Shown: positions 30,037 through 39,053 of the stretch, piece by piece
Position numbering within the stretch: the stretch's first letter is position 1
How the letters are laid out: each line of letters starts with the position of its first letter
Assembly (NCBI GenBank): GCA_037190765.1
Contig: JBBCJW010000025.1
Location: 14,124 to 78,123 of the forward strand
DNA: 64,000 bases
Direction: 5' to 3'
From: Alphaproteobacteria bacterium
Lineage (GTDB): Bacteria > Pseudomonadota > Alphaproteobacteria > Reyranellales > JAQSWP01
Notes under the pieces: generated by a model
What the model was told of the DNA's origin: nothing
The model's database searches: none
The model's input: the letters and a program-made list of their open reading frames with translations, nothing else
Program-made: the position numbers and the translations under genes

Positions 30037-30945
30037 GTGCTGGTGGCCGCGGAAGCGCCAATGGTCGGACAGGGGGCAGGCTTGGCGATCGACTACCAAC
30101 GTCTCAAATCGCGCCAGTTCGCGCCGATCGAGCAGCCGGTCACGGCGCGGGAGGCGATTCTCTACGCGCTGGGCGTGGGCGTCGGCAGCGATCCCGACGA
30201 TGGGCAGTCTTTGAAATTCGTCTACGAGAACGGTCTGCAGACGTTGCCGACCTATGGCACCGTGCTGGCCTATCCCGGCGTATGGATCGCCGAGAGCGAC
30301 ACCGGCATTGACTGGCGTCAGGCGCTGAATGGCGAATACAGCGTGCAGTTCCATCGCCTGCCGATGATCCGCGGCCTGGCGATCGGTCGTCTGGCGATAG
30401 AAGAGATCATCGACAAGGGGCCGGGCAGGGGAGCCCTGATCTACACCCGCCGCGAAGTCAGCGACGGCGACACCGGCGAAACCATATGCGTGGTGCGGCA
30501 GACGACATTCTGCCGCGCCGATGGCGGGTTTGGCGGACCTTCGGGGCCGATCAAGCCGGTTCGCGAGGTGCCGACGACCGCTCCCGATCTGATTGTGGCT
30601 TCGGACGTGCCGCTTCAGGCGCATCTCATCTATCGCCTTTCCGGCGATCCCAACCCGCTGCACGTCGATCCGGCGGTGGCCAGAAGCGCCGGCTTCGACA
30701 GGCCCATCCTGCATGGTGGCGCGACATACGGGTTTGTCGGCTACGCGTTGCTGAAAGCGCTCTGCAAGGGCGAACCCGCCCGGTTGCGGCAGCTCGACGT
30801 GCGTTTCTCCGCGCCTGTCTACCCGGGCGAAACCATCGAAACGTCGATCTGGCGCCTCGGCGACGGCCGCGCCGCTTTCCGATCGCAGGTGCGCCAGCGC
30901 GGCGCGATCGCGCTCGATAACGGATATGTCGAGTTTCAACCGTAG
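30037..30945 (+). CDS. MaoC-like (R)-specific enoyl-CoA hydratase, double hot-dog (MFE-2 hydratase-2-like)
   Basis: Hydratase motif YRLSGDPNPLHVDPAVA in the C-terminal half; 302 aa two-domain length. GTG start, with an alternative ATG at 30061. Confidence 0.8.
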   Translation: MLVAAEAPMVGQGAGLAIDYQRLKSRQFAPIEQPVTAREAILYALGVGVGSDPDDGQSLKFVYENGLQTLPTYGTVLAYPGVWIAESDTGIDWRQALNGEYSVQFHRLPMIRGLAIGRLAIEEIIDKGPGRGALIYTRREVSDGDTGETICVVRQTTFCRADGGFGGPSGPIKPVREVPTTAPDLIVASDVPLQAHLIYRLSGDPNPLHVDPAVARSAGFDRPILHGGATYGFVGYALLKALCKGEPARLRQLDVRFSAPVYPGETIETSIWRLGDGRAAFRSQVRQRGAIALDNGYVEFQP

Positions 30946-30980
30946 ACATCTGCACGAAGACACAAGTCCAAGGAGGGAAC

Positions 30981-31952
30981 ATGCGCAGAATTGCAGTTTG
31001 TATCGTCGGTGCCCTGTTGGGCCTGGCTGTCGCCGGGTCTGGTCACGCCCAGCAGTTTCCCAGCAAGCCCATCAACCTGGTCATTCCCTCGACGCCGGGC
31101 GGACTGACCGATGCGTTCGGCCGGATCATCGGCGATGCCATGACCAAGGCCTGGGGCCAGCCCGTCATTCTCGAGCATCGCGCCGGGGCCAATGGCATCA
31201 TCGGCACCAACTACGTCGCCAGGGCGGAGCCCGACGGACACACCCTGCTGCTGGGTTCGGCCGGTCCGCTGGCGACCAACGAGTGGCTCTATTCCTCGGT
31301 GCCCTATAGCAGCGAGCGCGATTTCGCCGGCGTCGGCATGGTGGTGACGTTTCCCAACGTTCTGGTCGTCAATCCCTCGCTGCCGGTTCATGACGTCAAG
31401 GAACTGATCGCCTACGCCAAAAACAATCCGGGCAAGCTGAACTACGGCTCGGCCGGCATCGGTGCCTCGCATCATCTGTCCGGCGAATTGTTTCGCCTGT
31501 TGACTGGGGCGGACATCGTCCACGTGCCCTACAAGGGAACCGCCCCGGCGCTGGCCGACCTGCTGGGCGGTCATGTCCAGATGATGTTCAGCAACGTGCC
31601 GGCTGCCGTCGGGCACATCCAGAGCAAGGCGCTGCGTCCGCTGGCGGTGACCAGCGCTGCCCGCAATCCGGCATTGCCCGACGTTCCCACCGTCGCCGAG
31701 GCGGGCGTGCCCGGCTACAGCATGACCTCGTGGGTGATCCTGGTGGCGCCGGCCAAGACGCCGCCGGAGATCATCGCCAAGCTCAATGCCGAAGTGGTGA
31801 AGGCAATGAACACGCCCGAAGCGCACGACCGTCTGGCGAAGGAGGGGGGTGCGACGAGCAGCGCTTCGCCGAAGGACATGGACGCGTTTCTCAAGGGCGA
31901 GAACGACAAGTTCCGCAAGATCGTCAAGGACGCCAACCTGAAGGCGGACTGA
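30981..31952 (+). CDS. Bug-family (TctC-like) tripartite tricarboxylate transporter substrate-binding protein
   Basis: Signal peptide followed by QQFPSKPINLVIPSTPGG, and later HVPYKG. Confidence 0.9.
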   Translation: MRRIAVCIVGALLGLAVAGSGHAQQFPSKPINLVIPSTPGGLTDAFGRIIGDAMTKAWGQPVILEHRAGANGIIGTNYVARAEPDGHTLLLGSAGPLATNEWLYSSVPYSSERDFAGVGMVVTFPNVLVVNPSLPVHDVKELIAYAKNNPGKLNYGSAGIGASHHLSGELFRLLTGADIVHVPYKGTAPALADLLGGHVQMMFSNVPAAVGHIQSKALRPLAVTSAARNPALPDVPTVAEAGVPGYSMTSWVILVAPAKTPPEIIAKLNAEVVKAMNTPEAHDRLAKEGGATSSASPKDMDAFLKGENDKFRKIVKDANLKAD

Positions 31953-31970
31953 GCGAGCCACCGCGACGAT

Positions 31971-31991
31971 GGGCCGCCGCTTAGGCGGCCC
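31971..31991. terminator. GC hairpin between convergent genes
   Basis: GGGCCGCC-gctta-GGCGGCCC, an 8-bp perfect stem. It overlaps the stop codon of the minus-strand hydratase gene. There is no clear T-run. Confidence 0.4.
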
Positions 31992-32790
31992 ATTCCGGCG
32001 GCCGCTTTTCGGCAAAGGCCTTCAGTCCTTCTGGCGCTTCGGGCCCGCGCAGCGTCCGCGCCAGCGTCTGGGCCGCGAAATCCAGCGCCTCCGGCAGCGG
32101 TTTGCGCGCGATCTCGTTGAACAGCGCCTTGGTCGCAACCAGCGCCATGGGACTGCCACGGTCGATCTGCTTCAGCACGTCTTCGAGTTTCGCTTCCATG
32201 TCCGCAGCATCAACGCCAAGGAAATGGCCCAGGCCCAGCCGCAACGCCTCTTCGGCGCCGAAGCGGGCCGCCGTCAGGGCGAGCCGTCGCGCCTGCGGCG
32301 CACCGATCCGCATGGCGACGAATGGCGACATCTGCGCCGGTATCAGGCCAAGCGCGACTTCGGTAATGCCGAATATGGCGTTGTCGCGCAGCACGACGAC
32401 GTCGGCGGCGCAGGCCAGGCCAAGACCGCCCGCCAGCGCGTAGCCTTCGATCGCCGCCACCACGACCGGCGGCGATGCCACGATACTCTCCAGCAGGGCG
32501 CCGAATCTGCGGTTGTCGATCGCCAGCGGGTCGGGTTCGCCAGGCTGCACCGGCTTGAGTTCGCCGATACGCTTGAGATCGGCCCCGGCGCAGAAATTGC
32601 CGCCGCTGCCGCGCATGACGACGCATTTGATGTCGGCGCGGCCATGCAACGCGGCGAAGACGCTGCCCAGTTCCTCGATCATCGACGGATTGAGGGCGTT
32701 GCGCGCCTGCGGGCGATTGAGGATCAAGTAAAGGCGGTTGCCGCGCTGCTGGAGAATGATGGTGTCATATCGTTCGGCGAAGCCGGCCAT
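31981..32790 (-). CDS. enoyl-CoA hydratase/isomerase
   Basis: ILNRPQARNA, FCAGADL, GLKAFAEKRPPEW. ATG 32790 has GGAGA 7 nt upstream; the ORF opens at TTG 32811. Confidence 0.85.
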   Translation of the reverse strand: MAGFAERYDTIILQQRGNRLYLILNRPQARNALNPSMIEELGSVFAALHGRADIKCVVMRGSGGNFCAGADLKRIGELKPVQPGEPDPLAIDNRRFGALLESIVASPPVVVAAIEGYALAGGLGLACAADVVVLRDNAIFGITEVALGLIPAQMSPFVAMRIGAPQARRLALTAARFGAEEALRLGLGHFLGVDAADMEAKLEDVLKQIDRGSPMALVATKALFNEIARKPLPEALDFAAQTLARTLRGPEAPEGLKAFAEKRPPEWAA

Positions 32791-32830
32791 GCGTCGTCTC
32801 CACGGAGGCAAACCTTGTTTCGCAAATAGT

Positions 32831-32844
32831 CTCTAACTATCATT
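32831..32844 (-). promoter_or_regulatory. shared 14-nt motif (site b) in a divergent promoter region
   Basis: The minus strand reads aatgatagttagag. The 16-mer CCAAATGATAGTTAGA (32832-32847, minus strand) is identical to 49121-49136. The plus strand offers TTGTTT-17-TATCAT. Confidence 0.5.
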
Positions 32845-32952
32845 TGGCAGACAACAGAAAAGCGATGCGGCGTCGCAGCCGGTCTGCCGGATGGACGGAA
32901 TCCGTCGTTCGCAGCCTGACGCTGGGTGAAACGTCTTGAAGTCGGAGGGGAG

Positions 32953-34149
32953 ATGGGGCCGCTTGACGGGATAAAGATGATCGAGGTGGCCGCCATCGTC
33001 ATGGCGCCGTTCGCCAGCCAGATGCTGGGCGACATGGGGGCCGAAATCATCAAGGTCGAGCCGCCGGAGGGCGACAGCATCCGCGCCGTCGGCCCCATGC
33101 ATAGCCACGGCATGGGACCGATGTATTTCAACTCCAACCGCAACAAGCGCAGCATCGTGCTCGACCTGAAGAGGCCGCAGGGCCGGGAAGCGCTACTGCG
33201 TCTGGCGCGCGATGCCGATGCGCTGCTCTACAATGTCCGCCCGCAGGCGATGGCACGGCTGGGTCTGGCCTACGAGGATCTGAAACAGGTGAATCCGGGC
33301 CTGGTCTATGTCGGCGCCTTCGGATTCGGGCAGTCGGGTCCCTATGCGGCGCGTCCGGCCTTCGACGAGCTGATTCAGGGGCTGGTGGCGATTCCCAGCC
33401 TGATGGCCCGTTCCGGCAACGGCACGCCGCGCTACGTGCCGCTGGCCTTCATCGACCGCTATGTCGGCGTCCAGGTGGCTGCCTCGCTGCTCGCCGCCCT
33501 GCTGCACCGGCAGCGTACCGGCGAGGGGCAGGCGATCGAGGTGCCGATGCTGGAGGTGGCGGCCCAGCTCGTCCTGGCCGACCATATGGGCGGCGCCACC
33601 TACGATCCGCCGCTGGGTCCGGCCGGCTATCCCCGGTCGCTGGCGTCGGAGCGGCGTCCCTTCGCGACGCAGGACGGCTACATATGCGCCATGCTCTACA
33701 CGGACCGGCACTGGCGCAGCTTTCTCGATCTGGTCGGACGGCCCGAGCTGATGCAGGATTCGAGGTTCGGCACGCTCACCTCGCGCACCGTTCATGCGGG
33801 GGAGGTGCATGGAGCGCTGGAAGACATGCTGCGCACGCGCACCACGGCGGAATGGCTCGCCGCGTTCGAGAAGATCGACATTCCCGCCTTCCGGCTCAAT
33901 ACGCTGGAATCCCTGCTTGAAGACCCGCATCTGCAGGCCGTCGACATGTTCTCCTGGCACGAGCATCCTACCGAGGGACGCGTTCGCGCCGTGCGGCCGC
34001 CCACGACCTGGTCGCGCACACCGCCGTCGATCCGGCGCCTGCCGCCGCGCATCGGCGAGCACAGCGGCGAAATTCTCGCCGAAGCCGGCTATTCGCCGGA
34101 AGAAATCGCCGCACTCGCCGCCAACGGCGCCACCAGACTGGGAGATTGA
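32953..34149 (+). CDS. family-III CoA-transferase (CaiB/BaiF/Frc-like)
   Basis: MLGDMGAEIIKVEPPEGD and GFGQSGPYAARPAFDELIQG. Start MGPLDG follows GGAGGGG. About 70% identical to 46245..47453. Confidence 0.85.
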   Translation: MGPLDGIKMIEVAAIVMAPFASQMLGDMGAEIIKVEPPEGDSIRAVGPMHSHGMGPMYFNSNRNKRSIVLDLKRPQGREALLRLARDADALLYNVRPQAMARLGLAYEDLKQVNPGLVYVGAFGFGQSGPYAARPAFDELIQGLVAIPSLMARSGNGTPRYVPLAFIDRYVGVQVAASLLAALLHRQRTGEGQAIEVPMLEVAAQLVLADHMGGATYDPPLGPAGYPRSLASERRPFATQDGYICAMLYTDRHWRSFLDLVGRPELMQDSRFGTLTSRTVHAGEVHGALEDMLRTRTTAEWLAAFEKIDIPAFRLNTLESLLEDPHLQAVDMFSWHEHPTEGRVRAVRPPTTWSRTPPSIRRLPPRIGEHSGEILAEAGYSPEEIAALAANGATRLGD

Positions 34150-34153
34150 TGTC

Positions 34154-34939
34154 ATGGACAGCAAGGATCTCGCGGGCAAGATCGCACTTGTCACCGGCGG
34201 AACGAGCGGCGTCGGCTACCGCATCGCCGAACGGCTGGCGCAGCATGGCGCCGTCGTCACCATTACCGGCCGCTCGGCGGAGCGCGGCGAAGCGGCATTG
34301 GCCGAACTGAAAAAGATCTGTCCGCAGGCCGGATTCGTCGCCGGCAACTGCCGCGAATACGATGTTTGCAAACAGGCGGTCGAAGCAGCGGCGCAGAACA
34401 GCGGCAAACTCGATCTTCTGGTCAGCGCCGGCGCCGAAGGACCGTTCGGTCCCACGCCGTTCCACGCCTTCACGCCCGAGCAGATCGTCGCCAGCTATCA
34501 GGACCGGTTCCTGCCGCGGGTCTTTCCCATTCACGCCGCGCTACCGGCGCTGAAGGCGAGCGGCGAGGCGGCGGTGCTGCTGGTAACCACCGATGCCGGC
34601 CGCCATGCCACGCCGGGAGAATCCATCATCGGCGCGGTCGGCGCCTCGATGATCATGCTGACCAAGGTGCTGGCGCGCGAGTTCGCCGAGTGGAAGATCC
34701 GCGTCAATGGCATTGCCCTGACCCTGACCTCGGACACGCCGTCCTGGGACCGGATATTCGCCAAGCAGAGTTTCGAGAACAACCTGTTCTCCAAGGCGCT
34801 GTCGCGTTTTCCCGCCGGCCGGGCGCCGACCGCGCTCGAGACCGCGCAGGTCGCGCATTTCCTGCTCTCGCCGCTCTCGTCGCAGGTGACGGGCCAGACC
34901 CTCAGCGTCAATGGCGGCCTGTCGTTTGCGGGCTGGTAG
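34154..34939 (+). CDS. SDR-fold protein lacking the canonical catalytic YxxxK
   Basis: Rossmann motif VTGGTSGVG is present. At the position of YxASK the sequence reads IIGAVGASMIMLTK. Confidence 0.75.
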   Translation: MDSKDLAGKIALVTGGTSGVGYRIAERLAQHGAVVTITGRSAERGEAALAELKKICPQAGFVAGNCREYDVCKQAVEAAAQNSGKLDLLVSAGAEGPFGPTPFHAFTPEQIVASYQDRFLPRVFPIHAALPALKASGEAAVLLVTTDAGRHATPGESIIGAVGASMIMLTKVLAREFAEWKIRVNGIALTLTSDTPSWDRIFAKQSFENNLFSKALSRFPAGRAPTALETAQVAHFLLSPLSSQVTGQTLSVNGGLSFAGW

Positions 34940-34948
34940 CCGTTCCGA

Positions 34949-34969
34949 GCGATAGCTTTTTGCTATCGC
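34949..34969 (+). terminator. hairpin downstream of the SDR gene
   Basis: GCGATAGC-ttttt-GCTATCGC, a perfect 8-bp stem 10 nt after the stop. No trailing T-run, so it may be an attenuator or RNA-stability element instead. Confidence 0.35.
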
Positions 34970-35113
34970 GCGCTTGTCCATCCGGCATTAGACGGCAATC
35001 CCGCTTTCTTCCCTAATCGGAGCAAGCGCCGGCCCAAAGTGTTTCAACGGCTTTGGTTCTCGAAGCTGCGATCTTCACCAGGGGCCGGCGAGACAATCCC
35101 TGGGAGGAAAAAC

Positions 35114-36082
35114 ATGAAGCGATTTGCCTGGATTGGGTGCCTGCTCGCAGCCCTGCTGGCGGCATCGGGTGCCGGCGCGCAAGGCTTTCCCACCGAACCG
35201 ATCCGCATCGTCGTGGCGACGACCCCGGGCGGCCTGATGGACCCGTTCGGCCGGACTGTTGGCGACTGGCTGCAGAAAAAATGGGGGCAGCCGGTTCTGC
35301 TGGAGCACAAGCCCGGTGCGGGCGGCCAACTCAGCGGCGAATACGTGGCAACCGCCAGGCCGGACGGACATACTTTGTGGCTGACCTTCAATGGTCCGCT
35401 GATTGCCTTGCCGGCCTTCGGGAAGACCAGATACGACGTCGAGCGGGATTTCGTGCCGGTGGCGCTCCTCGCCAGAACCCCGTATGTCGTTGTGGTTCCC
35501 GCTTCCTTGCCCGTCCGCTCGCTCAAGGAACTGGTCGCGCTGTCAAAGAGCACCAAGGAAGGGTTGAACTACGGCACCGCGGGCGTTGGCACCGGCGCCC
35601 ATATCGCCTCGGAAATGCTTCGTTCGCTTTCGGACGCGAACATGGTCCATGTGCCGTACAGGGGAGCGACGGCCGCCGTTACGGATCTGGTCGCCGGTCG
35701 CATCCAGATGATGATCACCAATATTCCGCCGGTTCTGCCCCACATTCAGGCAGGCACCTTGCGCGCGCTGGCCGTCACCGTCCCGCAGAGGGTCGAACTG
35801 CTGCCCGACGCGCCGACCGGGGCGGAAGCAGGCTTCCCGGACCTCCTCGCCACCGGCTTCATTGCCATCATGGCGCCCGGCGGTACGCCAAAAGAGATCG
35901 TCCAGCGTCTCAACGACGAGATCAACAGCGCGATGGAATCGGCGGAAGGCGGGAGGGCTGCCGCGGCAGCGGGCGGCCAGATTGCCCCGGGCTCGACCGA
36001 CGAGTTTTCCGCCTTCCTGCAGGCCGATACGCGGGTTTGGACCAAGCTGATCAAGGAGAACAACATCGTCGCGGGCGACTGA
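35114..36082 (+). CDS. Bug-family (TctC-like) substrate-binding protein
   Basis: MKRFAWIGCLLAALLAASGAGAQGFPTEPIRIVVATTPGG; SD GGGAGGAAAAAC. Confidence 0.9.
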   Translation: MKRFAWIGCLLAALLAASGAGAQGFPTEPIRIVVATTPGGLMDPFGRTVGDWLQKKWGQPVLLEHKPGAGGQLSGEYVATARPDGHTLWLTFNGPLIALPAFGKTRYDVERDFVPVALLARTPYVVVVPASLPVRSLKELVALSKSTKEGLNYGTAGVGTGAHIASEMLRSLSDANMVHVPYRGATAAVTDLVAGRIQMMITNIPPVLPHIQAGTLRALAVTVPQRVELLPDAPTGAEAGFPDLLATGFIAIMAPGGTPKEIVQRLNDEINSAMESAEGGRAAAAAGGQIAPGSTDEFSAFLQADTRVWTKLIKENNIVAGD

Positions 36083-36120
36083 CCGGGGACGGTGAACGAC
36101 AGCAGAAAGGGAGGGAACAC

Positions 36121-36696
36121 ATGCCCAAAGACAGCGATCTCGCGCTCGGCGCCGGCGAACGCAAGCTGTTTGAGGAAATGCTCGCCGAACGCGCCATCCG
36201 CAACACGCTGATGCGCTACTTCCGCGGCGTCGATCGCAAGGATTTCGACATGATCGCCTCCGCCTACCACCCGGACGCCTACGACGACCATGGCCGCTAC
36301 AAGGGCGACATTCCCGGTCTTATCGAGTGGATCAGGCAGCGCCACGAGATCATGGACCAGGCGATGCACTTCGCCGGCAACATGCTCATCGAGGTCGACG
36401 GCAAGACCGCCGTCGCCGAGACCTATTCGCTCTGCTTCCAGCATCTGAGAGTCGAGGGCATGGCCTGGTCCAACCGCGAGCCGGTGTATCGGAAGGTGAC
36501 GGTTTGCTTCCGCTACGTCGACCGCTTCGAAGAGCGCAATGGCGAATGGAAGATTGCCCATCGCATCTGCGTCTACGACTGGGCCAAGGAAACGCTGGAG
36601 CAGTTGCCGTCCGACGAGACGCGCGTGATGGCAAAGCGCAGCCGCGAAGATGCGGTATATCGGATCAAGAACGTCCGGGCGCCGGATATGAAGTAG
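36121..36696 (+). CDS. SnoaL-like / NTF2-family protein
   Basis: IRNTLMRYFRGVDRKDFDMIASAYHPDAYDDHG is typical of SnoaL_4-type domains; SD AGGGAGGGAA. Confidence 0.7.
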   Translation: MPKDSDLALGAGERKLFEEMLAERAIRNTLMRYFRGVDRKDFDMIASAYHPDAYDDHGRYKGDIPGLIEWIRQRHEIMDQAMHFAGNMLIEVDGKTAVAETYSLCFQHLRVEGMAWSNREPVYRKVTVCFRYVDRFEERNGEWKIAHRICVYDWAKETLEQLPSDETRVMAKRSREDAVYRIKNVRAPDMK

Positions 36697-37045
36697 GCAT
36701 CTCGCGGCCGTCGCAGTATCGGGCCGGATCTGCTTCAAGACGAAGATCCAGAAAGATAGAGGCATCACGCGCGCATGCTTGCGCACCTGGCGCCATGAAA
36801 TCTCGAGCGGGCCGAGACAGGAAACCGAAGCCAAGCTGCTCTTCGTCGGTTAGTGATTGGAAAAATAGCCGCGACATCGTCAAGTGCATGACGCATGGCG
36901 GCAATTTCGTCCGCCGTGAGTTCCGACCTCAGGTCGATCCCCGTGTCCTCGTGCCGAATCTCCAAGAGGAGATCGGCATGCATGGGTTTTTCCGCTTGCC
37001 AGACTGTCCCGTTCGTCCGGTTTTCGCGCCTCCCGCCGCAAAGGG

Positions 37046-37074
37046 TTGATGACAAGTCAAACATTTGTTAGATT
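37046..37074 (+). promoter_or_regulatory. candidate promoter with shared 14-nt motif (site c)
   Basis: TTGATG, a 17-nt spacer, then TAGATT. The motif aacatttgttagat is at 37060-37073, flanked by the inverted repeat GACAAG (37051-37056) / CTTGTC (37075-37080). Confidence 0.5.
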
Positions 37075-37127
37075 TCTTGTCGGATGCAGCGACTTCAGAA
37101 TAAGTAATTGATATCAGGGAGGTTTTT

Positions 37128-38102
37128 ATGAAGCTGCTTGGTTTTGGAACCGCCTTGGCGGCGCTTTCGGTTGCTCTGCTTGGACAGCCTGCGAACGCTC
37201 AGAACTATCCGAACCGACCCATCACGATCGTGGTTCCGTCCGCGCCTGGGGGATTGTCGGACGGTTTCGTGCGGCTGGTCGGTGACAGCATACAGCGCAG
37301 TTGGGGCCAGCCGGTTGTCATGGAGCACCGTCCCGGCGCCGGTGGCATCGTGGGGACCCAACACGTCGTCGGCGCTAATCCCGATGGCTATACGCTGCTG
37401 ATGGGCAATATCGGTCCACTGGCGATCAATCCAGGGCTCTACAAGGAGCTGCCCTACGACGTGAACAGGCAACTGGCGCCTGTGGCGCTGGTGTCGGTCT
37501 ATCCCAACGTGCTGGTTGTCCATCCCAGCCTTCCGATCAACAGCATCGGCGACATGATCCGCTACGCCAAGGAGAAACCCGGCACTCTGAACTATGCGTC
37601 GGCTGGCGTCGGCCAGTCCCAGCACCTGTCGGGCGAAATGTTCCGCGTCATGGCCGATGTCGATATCGTGCACGTGATGTACCGGGGCACCGGTCCGGCG
37701 CTGGCCGATCTGGTCGGCGGGCATATCGAGATGATGTTCTCGAACGTTCCTGCCGCGGTTCCGTATATCCAGTCGGGCAGGCTGCGGGCCGTCGGAGTGA
37801 CCGGGCTTTCCCGCAGCAAGGCGCTTCCCGACGTGCCGACCATCGATGAATCGGGTGTCCCGGGCTACAATGTGATTTCGTGGCTGGCGCTGGTGGCGCC
37901 GGCGGGAACGCCGCCGGAGATCGTCGAACGCCTCAATGCCGAAGTGATCAAGGCGCTTGCCTCGCCGGAAGGGCAGAAGCATCTGGAGATGGTCGGCGCC
38001 GATGCCGGGACCGGTTCGCCTGCCGAATTCGGCAAGTTCCTTCTCGACGAGCAGAAAAAGTGGAGTGATCTGATCAAGAAGGCGAACATCCAGCAGCCCT
38101 GA
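37128..38102 (+). CDS. tctC: Bug-family TctC substrate-binding protein, adjacent to tctBA
   Basis: Signal peptide followed by QNYPNRPITIVVPSAPGG. It is the first gene of the operon that contains TctB and TctA. Confidence 0.85.
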   Translation: MKLLGFGTALAALSVALLGQPANAQNYPNRPITIVVPSAPGGLSDGFVRLVGDSIQRSWGQPVVMEHRPGAGGIVGTQHVVGANPDGYTLLMGNIGPLAINPGLYKELPYDVNRQLAPVALVSVYPNVLVVHPSLPINSIGDMIRYAKEKPGTLNYASAGVGQSQHLSGEMFRVMADVDIVHVMYRGTGPALADLVGGHIEMMFSNVPAAVPYIQSGRLRAVGVTGLSRSKALPDVPTIDESGVPGYNVISWLALVAPAGTPPEIVERLNAEVIKALASPEGQKHLEMVGADAGTGSPAEFGKFLLDEQKKWSDLIKKANIQQP

Positions 38103-38129
38103 TCCGCGATATAGCGGGATCGGTGCAGC

Positions 38130-39035
38130 ATGACCAGAACCATTGGCTTCATCGGGCTTGGCAACATGGGGCATCCCATGGCCATGCGCCTGGTAGGGGC
38201 GGGCTTCCGGGTCGTCGCCTGCGACCAGTCCGAAGCCAATCTCGAGCGAGCCGTGCAGGGCGGCGCAAGCCCTGCACGCTCCATCGCCGCAGCGGCGGGG
38301 GAAGCCGACCGTATCATCTGCATGGTGGGCACGACCGCGCAGACCGAAGAGGTGCTGTTCGGCAGCGATGGCGTTGCGGCGGCGGCGCGCCGGGGCAGCG
38401 TGGTGCTGTGCATGAACACCATCGAACCCTCGGCGGCACGTCGTTTCTTCGTCAGGCTGGCTGATCGCGGCATCGCGATGCTCGATGCGCCGGTCAGCGG
38501 CGGCACACCACGGGCCGCGGCGGGTACGCTGGTCGTGATGGCCGGCGGCGATGCCGGGATTTTCGAGGGCTGCCGCGACATTTTTGCGGCGATCGGCAAC
38601 GAATGGCGTCTGGTCGGTCCGGCCGGCTCCGGCATGGCGATGAAGCTGGTCAACAACATGCTGGCGCAGATCAACATCGTTGCCGTCTGCGAGGCATTCG
38701 TTCTGGCGGAACGGGCGGGACTTGATCTCGAGCTGATGTGCGAGATCGTGCGCGCCGGTACCGGGGACAGCGCGGCGTTCCGGGGGCGCGACCGCCGGTT
38801 GCTGGCGCGCGATTTCGTGCCGGGCGGTTCGGTCGACATCTGCCTCAAGGATCAGGAGCTGCAGACGGCGTTCGCGCATGAGCTGGGCATGCCGCTGATG
38901 GTCGCCAGCCTGACCAAGCAGATCTATCAGGCGGCGCACGCCGCCGGATACGGCAGCGAGGATGCCGGGGCGGTGATCAAGGTGTTCGAAGCGATGGCGG
39001 GTAAAGGAGTGCGGGGACCCGGCGTGACCGGGTGA
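38130..39035 (+). CDS. NAD(P)-dependent oxidoreductase, 3-hydroxyisobutyrate dehydrogenase (HIBADH) family
   Basis: IGFIGLGNMGHPMA, DAPVSGG and MKLVNN. Confidence 0.85.
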   Translation: MTRTIGFIGLGNMGHPMAMRLVGAGFRVVACDQSEANLERAVQGGASPARSIAAAAGEADRIICMVGTTAQTEEVLFGSDGVAAAARRGSVVLCMNTIEPSAARRFFVRLADRGIAMLDAPVSGGTPRAAAGTLVVMAGGDAGIFEGCRDIFAAIGNEWRLVGPAGSGMAMKLVNNMLAQINIVAVCEAFVLAERAGLDLELMCEIVRAGTGDSAAFRGRDRRLLARDFVPGGSVDICLKDQELQTAFAHELGMPLMVASLTKQIYQAAHAAGYGSEDAGAVIKVFEAMAGKGVRGPGVTG

Positions 39036-39053
39036 TGGCGAGGGGAATTTGCG

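Noticed and set aside
36765-37064. 99-codon minus-strand ORF in the 36.7-37.1 kb gap as a real gene
   Set aside because: It has no SD and no recognisable domain. It ends in an Arg-rich tail, and its 5' end overlaps the motif-c promoter. It is reported only as a possible gene remnant.
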